DNA of 63,635 bases, the filler included, from Thraustochytrium aureum (lineage: Eukaryota): NCBI GenBank assembly GCA_012862495.1. It is 5 parts of 4 records of this genome, joined end to end, with 100 filler letters (N's around TTAATTAATTAA, not from the genome) between each part and the next. Parts side by side here need not be neighbours in the genome. Positions count along the whole stretch, not along the records: positions 1 to 27,785 come from BLSG01000009.1; 4 more parts are not named here. One strand, written 5' to 3'. The translations under genes and the position numbers were made by a program. Below are positions 1 to 10,631 of the stretch, piece after piece (position 1 is the stretch's first letter; each line of letters begins with the position of its first letter). The notes under the pieces were generated by a model. The model had not been told where the DNA came from, searched no databases, and was given only the letters and a program-made list of their open reading frames with translations.

Positions 1-229
1 GCAAAGTGAACACGAGTGGGCCGAAGGACAAGTCAAGTCCACATGCGCGTTGCAAGCAAAGTGAACGCGAGTGTGCAAAAGTAGTACTTTGCATGCAAAG
101 GTCTCCCTGCACGAGGCGAGCTCGAGGGCAACCAAAACAGGCGGCGTTCGCGATGTAGCCGCAAATCCCGAACGAGCCAAGGAAAGCGACAAAGGAGCGC
201 AACAGCAAGAGACGCAAACGATACCGACG

Positions 230-2986
230 ATGGGGTGGGACGACGGCTTGGACGACGATTCGGCGCTCCTTCAAGCCGCAGCGCGGGGCGACTTGGAGAC
301 TCTGCGGGCGAGACTTGGCGAGCGGCACCCGCTGTACTGGCGCGAGAGCTCGCTGTTGCACGTCGCTGTGGCGACTCGCTCCAGGAATGTGGTCGAGTAC
401 CTTGTCGAGCAAGCTGGCTTCGATGTCAACGATTCCAACCTGAATCTGACGACGCCGCTGATGAAAGCATGCGAGGTTCGCGACGACAGTCTGTGCGTCT
501 ACTTTGCCCGAAAAGGCGCCCAAGTGGACGCCCAGGACGTCGCGGGCAACACGCCCATGATGCTGGGCATCAAGAACAACAACTACAACGCCGCTGAAGT
601 GCTGACCGAGCTGGGAGCGGACCGAAACATCCCGGACATGCACGGACAAACGCCTGCTTGGGTAGCCCTGCGCACGGGGAACGCAGAGTCAGCCGCATTC
701 CTGGCTGGCCGCGGGGCCGTGCTTGTGACCAACTTTGCGTCTCCGCGCGTGCAAAACTTGTCCAACTCGTTGATGGTCATCATGAGCATTGTCCTGTACT
801 TTGCGGACCTCGCTTCTGATGCGCTCGTGACGCTTGCGCTCTACGAGCAGGGCGAAATGGAGTACTTTGGCTTTTCGCTCGCGTTCATGCTGCTCCCGAG
901 CGCGGTGATGTTTTGCGTGCCGCACCAGACGATCATGGAGCGGTTCGTGACGTTGCTTCAGCTGCGTTTTGTGTACGAAAACCTCGTTTCCCTCAATGGT
1001 GAGCGCTTCACGGTGCGCTGGGGCACGATGCAGCTTTTGCACGGCGTCTTGGAGGACTTTCCGACACTCATGTTCCAAATGTACCTGTTGCTAGTGGCAT
1101 CCGACGCCCTTTCCGACGACGGCCTCCTCTTGATTTCGTTGGCCCTAGGTTTCGTCAACGTTGGGCGTACGCTGCGCGAGATGTACCTTGCAAGATTCAA
1201 CCTCAGGGTGGAGGGCGAGCCCGGGACGGAGAAAATCGGCATGCGCCTGCTCACGCTCCTCTACTCGGTGCTGGTTGTGCTGCTGCGAACGAGCATGTGG
1301 CTTTTCCTTGTCGTGATGGCAAGCGAGCTCGGGGTTCTTCCGCTTGTCCTCATCGGCGGGCCGCTCGTCGTGGGCTACACGCGCTTCCATATCGCTAGAA
1401 CTCATGGTCTCATACTGCTGCCCACCGACGTGATCATCTCGGTGCTCTTCGACGGCGCGCTGATCAATAGCCCTCACGCCTTCTTTGTTGCCAGCACGCT
1501 TTCCTTTGTGGAGATCGGCGTGGTCTATCTGGTCCTCCCGACGTGGCTGGGGTTTCTTCCTCTCCATGCGATTCTGGCTGGTGCGATTCCTATTGCAAAT
1601 GTTGAGGGAAAAGAGCTCCTTATCCTGGGCTCTTGCATAGGATTCGCTTACCTGCTCTCGTTGTTCGTGGCAAGCAATGCGCTGCACCGACTAAGGAAAG
1701 AGCTCAAGGTGCGCCGCGCGCTTCTCGCCGCCAAACCTGACAATGGTCCCCAGCGCGGCTCGGAACACTCGGCGGCGTCCACAAACACATCCACCACCAA
1801 TGAGAGCGCCAACGATCAGAGCGCAGGGCACGAGCAGGAAAACGCGCAAAGAGCGCGCAATCGAGCGCGCCGTCGAATCGCCGAGGAGGAGCAGCTCGAA
1901 AAGGAATTGGGCCAGCCCTTTTTCAGGGCGCTGAAACCGTGCCGCTACCTTCTCCTGGCCAGTTCGCTCCCTGCGCTCGCGCGCGGCCTTGCTATGGTCG
2001 TTTCTGGTCTTGCTCGATATGCCGCCACCTCCGTCTGCGGCAAGACAGTTGGGCGTTCGAGAGCGGAAACGGTGGCCGCGATCGAGCGGCGCGCGAGCAA
2101 ATCGGCATCCGTGACTGCTTTGACGCCGCCCCAAATCCAAGACGCTGACCTGGAAGTTGGGAAACGCGCGAGAACAGCACAGCGGACCGCGGCGAAGCGG
2201 CAGCGTGCATCGTGTGACCGAGCATGCAACAACTTTTGCGAGCATTTCCCCGGCTTGTCTCTGCTTCTGTTCCTCTTTACATGGGCAGCGCTCCAGTACT
2301 TTTGCGCGAGCAACGTCTTCAGGATCGACGACTACTGCGACAGCGTTGGGCCGTCCACAGGCTGGGGATTCATCATCCTTGGCGCCATTTTTCTGATGTA
2401 CCTCGCGGAATCCCTGAATTGCAACGTCTCGAAGTCGCTGCAGAACATGCATGCGTCCGAATTGGGCTTCTCCAGCTATTGCAGAATCCCTTACCACAGA
2501 CCTCGCTTGGTGTTCCACATCGAGTGCTACCACTATGAGAAGATTGAGCACAGGCACAGTGACGGCTCAAAAATGTTCACGGAGGAGCGAAAGGTGGTCA
2601 CGCACACCGCCCGTGAGCGGTGGAGTTTCACCTCGTACCAAGACGACCTGGGCCCACTCCCCAACTTTGACGGTATTTGCCGGCTCCAATTCGACACCGG
2701 ATACACGTTTGCAGATGACCGCACGAGAAGCCTCTTTGAGGCAGACAAGGCTAGATTCATCCGGAACAATGACCGCGACACGCACAAGAGCTTTTGGATC
2801 AAGTTCCACTGCGACGAGGAGCCGCCGCAACTCCTCGTCGACGAGGCCTCTGCACCGACATTTCTGCGCTATGCCTACTACTTGTACGCCACCCTGCTGC
2901 TATCGTCGTTCCCTTTCAAGCTCTGGGTGGACGGCCTGTCCACAAAGGTGACGGTGCGCGCCGTCAAGGTGTTCCGAAAGGAATAG
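230..2986 (+). CDS. Ankyrin-repeat + XK-related (Xk scramblase-like) + TMEM151-like multi-pass membrane protein
   Basis: Single open frame from ATG 230. Ankyrin motifs (TPLMKAC, GNTPMMLG, GQTPAWVA); XK-like segments YFADLASD and LEDFPTLMFQMY; C-terminal FHIECYHY...KVVTHTARE resembling TMEM151. Confidence 0.75.
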   Translation: MGWDDGLDDDSALLQAAARGDLETLRARLGERHPLYWRESSLLHVAVATRSRNVVEYLVEQAGFDVNDSNLNLTTPLMKACEVRDDSLCVYFARKGAQVDAQDVAGNTPMMLGIKNNNYNAAEVLTELGADRNIPDMHGQTPAWVALRTGNAESAAFLAGRGAVLVTNFASPRVQNLSNSLMVIMSIVLYFADLASDALVTLALYEQGEMEYFGFSLAFMLLPSAVMFCVPHQTIMERFVTLLQLRFVYENLVSLNGERFTVRWGTMQLLHGVLEDFPTLMFQMYLLLVASDALSDDGLLLISLALGFVNVGRTLREMYLARFNLRVEGEPGTEKIGMRLLTLLYSVLVVLLRTSMWLFLVVMASELGVLPLVLIGGPLVVGYTRFHIARTHGLILLPTDVIISVLFDGALINSPHAFFVASTLSFVEIGVVYLVLPTWLGFLPLHAILAGAIPIANVEGKELLILGSCIGFAYLLSLFVASNALHRLRKELKVRRALLAAKPDNGPQRGSEHSAASTNTSTTNESANDQSAGHEQENAQRARNRARRRIAEEEQLEKELGQPFFRALKPCRYLLLASSLPALARGLAMVVSGLARYAATSVCGKTVGRSRAETVAAIERRASKSASVTALTPPQIQDADLEVGKRARTAQRTAAKRQRASCDRACNNFCEHFPGLSLLLFLFTWAALQYFCASNVFRIDDYCDSVGPSTGWGFIILGAIFLMYLAESLNCNVSKSLQNMHASELGFSSYCRIPYHRPRLVFHIECYHYEKIEHRHSDGSKMFTEERKVVTHTARERWSFTSYQDDLGPLPNFDGICRLQFDTGYTFADDRTRSLFEADKARFIRNNDRDTHKSFWIKFHCDEEPPQLLVDEASAPTFLRYAYYLYATLLLSSFPFKLWVDGLSTKVTVRAVKVFRKE

Positions 2987-3274
2987 AAGGCGCGCGCGCC
3001 GCGCAGCCTCAAGCTGGCCTTCCGAAAATAAGTGCATTTCCCCGATTCTCAACGCCAATCGTGCTCTACCTACATGCATACTTGCACAACCTGGTTGAGG
3101 TTCCGTTCACGGCAGACAGAGTGTACAGCCGCGCGGCACGCCGCGCCATTTCGCCATTTCCCTCCACAGTCGCTTTCAAAATACGAACGAGGCGCCATCC
3201 ACCTGCCTTCCTCCTCGTGGCCTTGCAGCACCAGCGTCGCTGTCAAGCCCTCTAGAGCCTCTCTCGCTCGAAGG

Positions 3275-4151
3275 CTATGCCTCGGGCAATGGCGCGACCA
3301 CCTCTCTGTAGTGACGCCCAAAGTCGGCCGCCCGGTCGCGCCGAGACACGGCGTCCAACTCGCCGAGCTCGGCCCCAAAGACTGCAGCAGCGGCGAGCTT
3401 TCTCGCGCGAGGCTCCTTGAGACCAAGCGATGTTGCTTGGAGAGCCAGGCTCTCGGCCAAGCGGTCGAGAACGCTATCTTCAGAGGCAAACAGACGGTCC
3501 GCAATGGCCTCCTGGGAGGATTCGCCGCCATTGGCTACAGCGCGCAGAACGCTCTCGGTCTGCAAGACGGCGGCCAGTTTCGGAATCAGCACGCCAGAGA
3601 TGATCGAGNNNNNNNNNNNNNNNNNNNNNNNNNNNNNNNNNNNNNNNNNNNNNNNNNNNNNNNNNNNNNNNNNNNNNNNNNNNNNNNNNNNNNNNNNNNN
3701 NNNNNNNNNNNNNNNNNNNNNNNNNNNNNNNNNNNNNNNNNNNNNNNNNNNNNNNNNNNNNNNNNNNNNNGGAGGCCGTGCACAACACCCCTGCGGGAAG
3801 TTCAATGCATGGCTTTTCGTCGTCGCTCGCAAGGCCACCGCCCCCCCCACGAAAGCACACGGCGAGGTCCCCTGGTGGCACAGCTGCGCCCGCAAGAGCT
3901 TGCACCACTTGGCTCCCAACAAGTCCGCAACCGCCGACAACCGTGACCCGGAACGGGCGCTTCGTCTTCGTCTGCGCCAGCACGGCACGCATGCACTTGG
4001 CGAAGAACAATGTCTTTTGCGCGATTGCCCATGCCGCCTCGCGTCTCACCTCGCAGGCGCGCAGCATCTCAGGGTCGCTCGGAAGGCACAGTTGTGCGAG
4101 GTCCAGGTTGGCGACCAAATCCCCATCCAACCGCATCTGCACGCCAGCCAT
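3275..4151 (-). CDS. Rossmann-fold NAD(P)-binding protein, NOXRED1/pyrroline-5-carboxylate reductase-like (internal gap)
   Basis: VTVVGGCGLVGSQVVQAL dinucleotide-binding motif. After the gap, SIISGVLIPKLAAVL continues to a stop at 3275. Confidence 0.5.
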
Positions 4152-5247
4152 CGCGCCGAGCGATCGATCGCGGAAAGAACGCCCTGATGAAAAATCAGCC
4201 GGCCAGCCAGCAGCTCGCTAGCATGCCAGCCGCGCGCGGTCTGCCGTGCTGCAGCGGCGTGACCTGGCCACTCCAACGCCCCACAGCATTTTCAAACGGA
4301 CCTAACGGTAAAAAACCCAATGTCACCTCGGTTTTCCCCGTGGTGCTCTCGTTGCGGCGCGCCTGGTGCTGCGAGGAGCACATTCGCATCCTTCCAAAGT
4401 CCTGTAGCGCCGCTCGGTCGTCGAAGAGTCGCGGGCGGCGGGGCGCTGTGCCGGGTTTCTTTGAAAATCGTCCTCGCGTACCTCTTGGCCTGCTCTTCGC
4501 AAGCTCCAAGGGGTCGCCCGCTCCTTCTCGAGTAATCTATCTACTCAGTCGTCGATTCCGTGCCAAGTACCCTTACGCGCTTCGACCGAGACCAACCACA
4601 CCAAAGTGCGCCGGTATGGCATGTCGCGGCTGTTGCAAGGAACGCGCCCCCAGGCCCCGCCAGCCGAATGCAGGGTCACTTTCGAGCACCGCAAGTTGAA
4701 CTGCACGGGCACAGACGGGCGGCACCGACGCCAGCCGCTGAAAGTTCTCGCGGCGGGCGACTTGGCCGCACTTTCATCACCCGAATGGATTCCGCAGCAC
4801 GGGCAACGCCGCGGAGCTTTGCTCTTGATCAATCTTGTCAAACAAAAGAAAGACATTGCTATCAAAAGTCAAACCGTAAGGCTGCCATCCGGCAAGTTCT
4901 GCGTCATCTGGATACCTTCGATCCGCATTCGGCTTCTGGCCATCATGGGGCCGGCCTGGGCCCTCTCCAGCAAGCCGCCCGCGTGGCGCAGAGAGACGTC
5001 CCTGTCGGTGCTGCCTGACCCACGCCTCGGTTGGGCAGTGTCGTTTCTTTCCCATGTCTTTTGAGGTCGCACCTCCCGTTTTCTAGCCCAACCATCAAGC
5101 CAAAAGAAAGAAACGCAGTACGTCTTGGTTTGGTTTGATCTATTGATCGCTGTGCAACATGGAGATCGCGTGTGCGTGCATCGACCCTCGCGCAAAACGA
5201 CTGACACGGGAGCTGAGACCAGCCGAGCGGGTCTAGCACAGTGCGGC

Positions 5248-6343
5248 TTACTTGGATGCCGGGAGCGGCTTGTCCTTGATAAACAGCGAAAAGACGAAGC
5301 GCTGGATGCTCTCGTAAACGGAGAATTGGAAGGCGGCTGCGCGGGGTCAATGGTGAGCGCGTGGCCTTGGTATCGCGCGACGACCAGGGAGGGAAACTTA
5401 CCTGTGAGGACCGTCTGCCACAGTTTGGCCTCCATGCCGCGGAAGAGACCCATAAAGCCCTCCTTCGAGTACACCTTGCGGAGTACGTCGGCGGTGCCGT
5501 TGTAGTTGCGCTCCTGCAACGGGCGGGGCGGTTAGCGTGAATGGGGCAGGCCCTGCACAAGCATTGCAAACGTACCTTCGAGTTGCCGGCCTTGCCCTTG
5601 TCGGCCCGCAGGCGCGACTGCGCCAGCTGCAGCGGGTAGGTGCAGACGGTGGCGATGGCCTTGGCAATGGCGCCCATGACGAAAAACTCGAGCGTCGTGA
5701 TAGCCGACCCGCGCTTCGCCGCGAGCGCCTCCATAGGCCCCTTGAGGCGCTCATAGGCGACAAACTGGATGCTCGGGTTGCTCACGAGCACCAGCGAGGG
5801 GCCCACGCCCTTCCACAGCGCGGCGACACCCTCCTCGCTCATGATGCGCGTGAGGCAGTCGAGCACGCCCTTGTAGGGCTTCTCGGCAGAGTCGCTCTTT
5901 TTGCTCTGCACCGACAGGCGCGTGCCAGCCACCCACAGCGGGGTGGTCATCAGCACGTTGATGACACCGGCCAAGCTGGCGATGATCAGGTTGGTCACCG
6001 GGTTGATGCCAGCCTTGGGGTTCTCCGCGATGAGCTTCTTGTACACGGTCTTGAACGCGTTGTACGTGTAAAAGTAGACAAAGTTGGACGCGCCAAGCGA
6101 CACGACGCTGGACCACCAGCCCTGGTAGAGCGCGGCGATGCCGTCCGCTTCGGCAATTTTGCGCGCCACCTGCAGGGCGCTCTCGGCCTTCATCTTCTCG
6201 TCGACCTGGATCCGCATGCGCACGATGTTGAGCGGGTAAAAGGCGCTGATCGCCGAAACGCCGCCGGTCATGCCGCTGATCGCATGCACCAGGTTGGTGT
6301 ACGTAAACACCTCATTGTAGACGTCCTCGACCACGCTCGACAT
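5248..6343 (-). CDS. SLC25A17: Peroxisomal carrier PMP34 (mitochondrial carrier family), 3 exons; introns 5514-5575 and 5337-5401
   Basis: Carrier motifs YPLNIVRMRIQ, TPLWVAGTRL, YPLQLAQSRL; SNFVYFYTY and LVSNPSIQF are typical of PMP34. GT-AG splicing yields ...QTVLTAAFQFSVYE...PASK*. Confidence 0.85.
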
Positions 6344-6456
6344 GGTTGCTCGGTCCGCTCAATGCACCTTCGACCCCCAACGCGCCCGAAGCAGCGGGAC
6401 CGGCCTGCCGCTGCCTGCGCTGCTCTCTCAGCTACAAACAACCGAGTCGGCGCCGC

Positions 6457-6459
<3 letters not shown>

Positions 6460-6487
<28 letters not shown>
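6460..6487. repeat. (CTG)n microsatellite
   Basis: Direct inspection. Confidence 0.9.
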
Positions 6488-6488
<1 letters not shown>

Positions 6489-6961
6489 GACCTCGGCCTG
6501 CTCGATGGGGTTCTGGCCAGGAGTGCGCAAGCCCGGCAACGACGACGGACGCTCGCGTCTCGCGTCGCCCACACCACACGAGCAGGGAACGATTCTGCGC
6601 GCGCAGCCCTGGTCGGACACCATCCCGTCTGTCCGGCCGCACTGCGGGAGCTACCGGTACTCTGCGGTACGCTGGAGTACTTACTACTCATGACGCTCTA
6701 CTCAGGGTACTCGAGTACTCTAGGGTACTCTACCTGCCGGTACGACGACTACGACGATGACAAAAGCAAGGCAATGGAATGTTGTTCTCGGGTTGTGGTG
6801 CGTTGAGCCAAGGCGTTGGGGCGGAGCCGCTCGGTCTCCCATGAGCGGCCTTCGCACATCAGCGCGGTCCGCACGCGCTCCACTGGCTGACGAGAACCAT
6901 CGCGTGCGGACGGCGCTTGGCCAACAGCAACACGGTCCAATTTCACTACCTGGGACGTGCG

Positions 6962-8991
6962 TCACTCGGGCACAGGCTCCGAGGGGTCAATGCACCACCG
7001 GAAGAGGCCTGGAAAGTACTTGTCCAGCTTTCGCAAGGCCAGAAACCGCGTCCAGTGCTTGCGGATCAGAACGTTGGCGCAGGCCGCGGTGAGCGCGCCA
7101 ACTTTCTGCTCAACTTGAAGCCACGTGGCCGCTGCGCATGCGCTACTTTCCACGGCCGCAGCGACGGCAGCGCGAGCGTCTTGTACGATTGAGTCGGGAA
7201 TCATTTCGAAGAGCGCCCGCTCTGCGAGAACGCCGCCCGCCATGTGTTCGAGGTGTGCGAGGCGCGCGCACGCTTCAAGGCTCTCGAGGCTCGCGCCCTC
7301 ACGAAACGCCCGGAGCAGGACGTTAGCGTCCCTGACGTCCAAGCACTGAGCGCGCAAAAATGCGGCAAAGCGTCTTGCAAGGCCCTCGTTGCGGAGCACG
7401 CCCTCGNNNNNNNNNNNNNNNNNNNNNNNNNNNNNNNNNNNNNNNNNNNNNNNNNNNNNNNNNNNNNNNNNNNNNNNNNNNNNNNNNNNNNNNNNNNNNN
7501 NNNNNNNNNNNNNNNNNNNNNNNNNNNNNNNNNNNNNNNNNNNNNNNNNNNNNNNNNNNNNNNNNNNNNNNNNNCGCGCAGGGCTCCCGCCAAGGCAGAC
7601 GAGCCGGCGCTTGAGCGCGGTGTGACAAGACCGCCGCGGAGCCGGGCCTCCTCCGCGGCGCACGTTTCCACCGCAGGCTGAAAAGCGGATGCGCGAGGCA
7701 CGAACGGGCGGCCGAGTTGGCGAATAGGCCCAAAAAACTCGTCCATCGGAACACCGCTCAGCACGCTGAGGCAGCGCAGGTACGACAAAGAGCGCGCGAA
7801 CTGGGTGTAGTACTTGTCGCGAAGCTCGAAAAACACCGTGCGCTGTAGTTCGACAAAAGCGCCGAGCCCCTCACACTGCGCATCGCTTGCCGTCCGCCCT
7901 CGCTGTAGCTCGCGCCTGAGCTTGTCGGCTTGCTCTTGCGCGCGGAAACCGACGACTTCGCACACGATTGGCTTGGCAGCATCAAAGAAGGAGCGAATGA
8001 GAGCCTCGCCGCGCTTCCTTTGCGCTTCGGCCTGCGGCTCCGACCTGAACGAGTCAATCGCCTTCCACAGGGCGACGAGATCAGCAGGCGACCCGCGCGC
8101 TGTTGCTGGTGCCATTTCCGCACCCGTCCGTGCGCCAAGCCTGGACAAGTACTGCGCAAAAATCCCTTGTGTCTGCTCGTTTCCCAGCACCTCGGCAAGG
8201 TTGCAGTGCTGGATCACTGCGATGCAGTGGCTGTCGCTGTACGTTGCGAACGATTTGGTCTTCAAAAACGCGTGGAGCAGGCTGCGCTCAAGCTCGACAG
8301 TGATTTTGGCCTGTACGGCTTGAAACGGCCTGCGTCCAGTGTCGATGTGGTCGGGCGTCGACCAAAGAACCTTTTCGACGGTTGCCCGAGTTGCTTTGCC
8401 AACGGGGACAAACAGTTCAGCGCCTTCCTGGCAAAACGTCTCGCAGATGATGTGCGCTAGCCGCCTGCTCCTTAGCGTGGTGGCCATATCCTCGGATGCG
8501 GACTGGTTGGCGCTCGGCTCCTCCTCGGCGAGCAGTTCAGTGCGAAAGCGCTCGAGCACAAGCCAACAGTACCACACGTTTGCCGTAAGTCCGCGCGTGA
8601 GGAAAGTCTCAAAGCAAGCCATTTCGTGGCAATCGCTGAGGAGGCGCCGAAGATCGCGGTACCGATTTCGGATAACTTGCGAGGGGCTATGTTCTGGGCT
8701 TTGCCCCAGCTCGCTCGACCGGACGAGCAGATGCGCAGCGAGGTCGCTCTGCCAGAGCAGGAGGTCGATTGTGACCTCGCTTGGGCCGGCGCCCTCCTCC
8801 GGGCAGGTCGTCCTTTCGAACAGCACCTTGCGACGCTCATGCCACGTTCGCCCAAGCGAGCAGGTCTCGCTGCCCCACCCGGGGCAGTTCGAGTGGCCGC
8901 GTCTTGCGGCGCTTGCAGCGGTTTTCCTCCGCGATGGCACTTCCGGGCGCGCTCGGTCTGGCCCCGCGCCGCTGCGTCTCGCAGCCATCAT
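6962..8991 (-). CDS. Multi-RGS (regulator of G-protein signalling) domain protein, about three RGS-like domains (internal gap, start uncertain)
   Basis: Repeated RGS pattern: LL.D......FETFL...W...E.FR...I...F....FQAVQ..I...LE....AFLKT; VLGNE.....FAQYL...LWKAIDSFR...ELRDKYYTQFARS; VLRNE.....FAAFL...HWTRFL. Confidence 0.65.
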
Positions 8992-9505
8992 TTCCCTTCC
9001 AAAGACACTTCACCTGGGTCCGCGTCGGCCCTGCCCCAGGCAGGCAAAGGTTGGCCCCTTCCCTGAGAGCACACTTCCGTAACGAACGTGCGCTGCCTTG
9101 CTGAAGCGGTCCTGCACATGAACGCCGGAGCGCGGGCCCGCGCGCAGCCAGCCAGCCTCGCCGCAATAGAGAGCTAGAGCGCAGCCGCAACGTTCCTTGT
9201 CATCGACCGACGAATCGAAAACGTTGCGCGCGAGTTGGCCTCGTGCAAGCCCTTCCCGAGCGTCCGCCAGACTGCCCCAAAGCGCCAGCGACGCCCTCAA
9301 AACAATATCTCAACCGCCGCCCAACGCGCCGCTTGCGCGTCCGCTTCCGGCGCTGTCGGGCCCGGGCATCTCCGCCAAGGGCCGCGCTCGCCACGCTCTC
9401 CAACAAGGTTACCGTTTTCCTCCTCGATATCAGCGAAGAGTTCAGTTCTCTGTTCTCATAGGGGCCAAGGTGGGCGAGCGCCGCGATGGCGCGCGGCAGA
9501 GCTCG

Positions 9506-10390
9506 ATGGCGTCGGGGATGGAGCGCGGCGCGGCCCACGCCGACGGGTTTACTCTCGTCGTAGGGCGTCGCTCGGGCCGCCGCGGAGGCCGGTCTCGCGG
9601 CCGTGGCTCTGCGCTCGTTGGCGCGCGATCTGGGCGCCCTGGCGAGGATGACGACTGGCTGGCAGGCGACCGCGATGCCGCTGCCAACTGGGCGCGAACG
9701 CGGCTGAAAGCGCGCGTTGAGGCGTTTGCGGGAGGAGACGCGGCGCCGGCGGAAGCGCGAGCCCGCGTGGAGGCCGCGGTGCTGGCCAGCGGGAAGGGGT
9801 TGGTGACCAAGTGCGTCTGTGTTGGGCTTGGACGGCTCGCGACGAAGAGCGCGCAGCTGCAGCTCGCGCTGCTCCTCGCGCTTCGGGATGGGCGAGGCGC
9901 GGCGAGGGTGTTCGGAGGTCCTGGCGCGGCTGTGGAGGCCTGCGACCCGGCGTTTGGGCGCGCGGACCGCGCTGTGCTGGAGGCTGTGCATGTCAGCGTT
10001 CACGACGACAACCAGGACGGCTGTTTGTATGAGGTCTCTGAGGGGTCTGTGTTGCTGCTGTACATGCCGCATTGCAACGCGGTGCTTTACAATAATGTGC
10101 TGTGGGCGAACTGGTCCGTGGTGTCATTGCGCGGCCTCATTCTCGTCGGGAATAGCTTGACGGGGTATGTCGAGCGCGGGGACAGACGCCCTGACGTGGC
10201 GCAGTGCTCGTGCCTGGAACGACTAGCTGCATATGCGACGCAGGTGAGCGTTGGGCCCCTGGAGCGCAATTCGGAGCTGGAGGTCGCCTTCAACGACACT
10301 TGCGTCCAGTATTGGTCCGAGGAGCAGCTCGCTGCTGTCGAAGCGGCGGGGGTCTTTGCTGGGCCAAAGCCGGAACCGGCGCAGTTCTGA
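9506..10390 (+). CDS. SRRD: SRR1-domain protein (sensitivity to red light reduced 1 family)
   Basis: Motifs CVGLG, QLALL, DPAF, LYMPHC, YNNVLWANW, GNS, AFND. Start taken at ATG 9506. Confidence 0.85.
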   Translation: MASGMERGAAHADGFTLVVGRRSGRRGGRSRGRGSALVGARSGRPGEDDDWLAGDRDAAANWARTRLKARVEAFAGGDAAPAEARARVEAAVLASGKGLVTKCVCVGLGRLATKSAQLQLALLLALRDGRGAARVFGGPGAAVEACDPAFGRADRAVLEAVHVSVHDDNQDGCLYEVSEGSVLLLYMPHCNAVLYNNVLWANWSVVSLRGLILVGNSLTGYVERGDRRPDVAQCSCLERLAAYATQVSVGPLERNSELEVAFNDTCVQYWSEEQLAAVEAAGVFAGPKPEPAQF

Positions 10391-10631
10391 GCCCATGCGA
10401 AGCTGATATTGGTTGGTAGATTTGATCTTTGTTATGTAATGGCTGTCGTTGTTGTTGTTGTTGTTGGTGGTTGGTGGTGGTGGTTTTGGCGGTTGTGGTG
10501 GTGAGTCATCAGGTTGGCCCAGAAGGCGCGTTCGATAGATCGGCCGGTTCGGAGAACTGGCCAGCATTCGATCCCTCTCGTTCGCTCGCTCTACAAGTAG
10601 CTACTCGCTAGAGCCAGGAGCAGCTCGAGAA

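Noticed and set aside
4200..5064. Several 100-230 aa ORFs between the NOXRED1-like gene and PMP34
   Set aside because: No recognisable motifs or convincing codon bias; long spurious ORFs are expected at this GC content.
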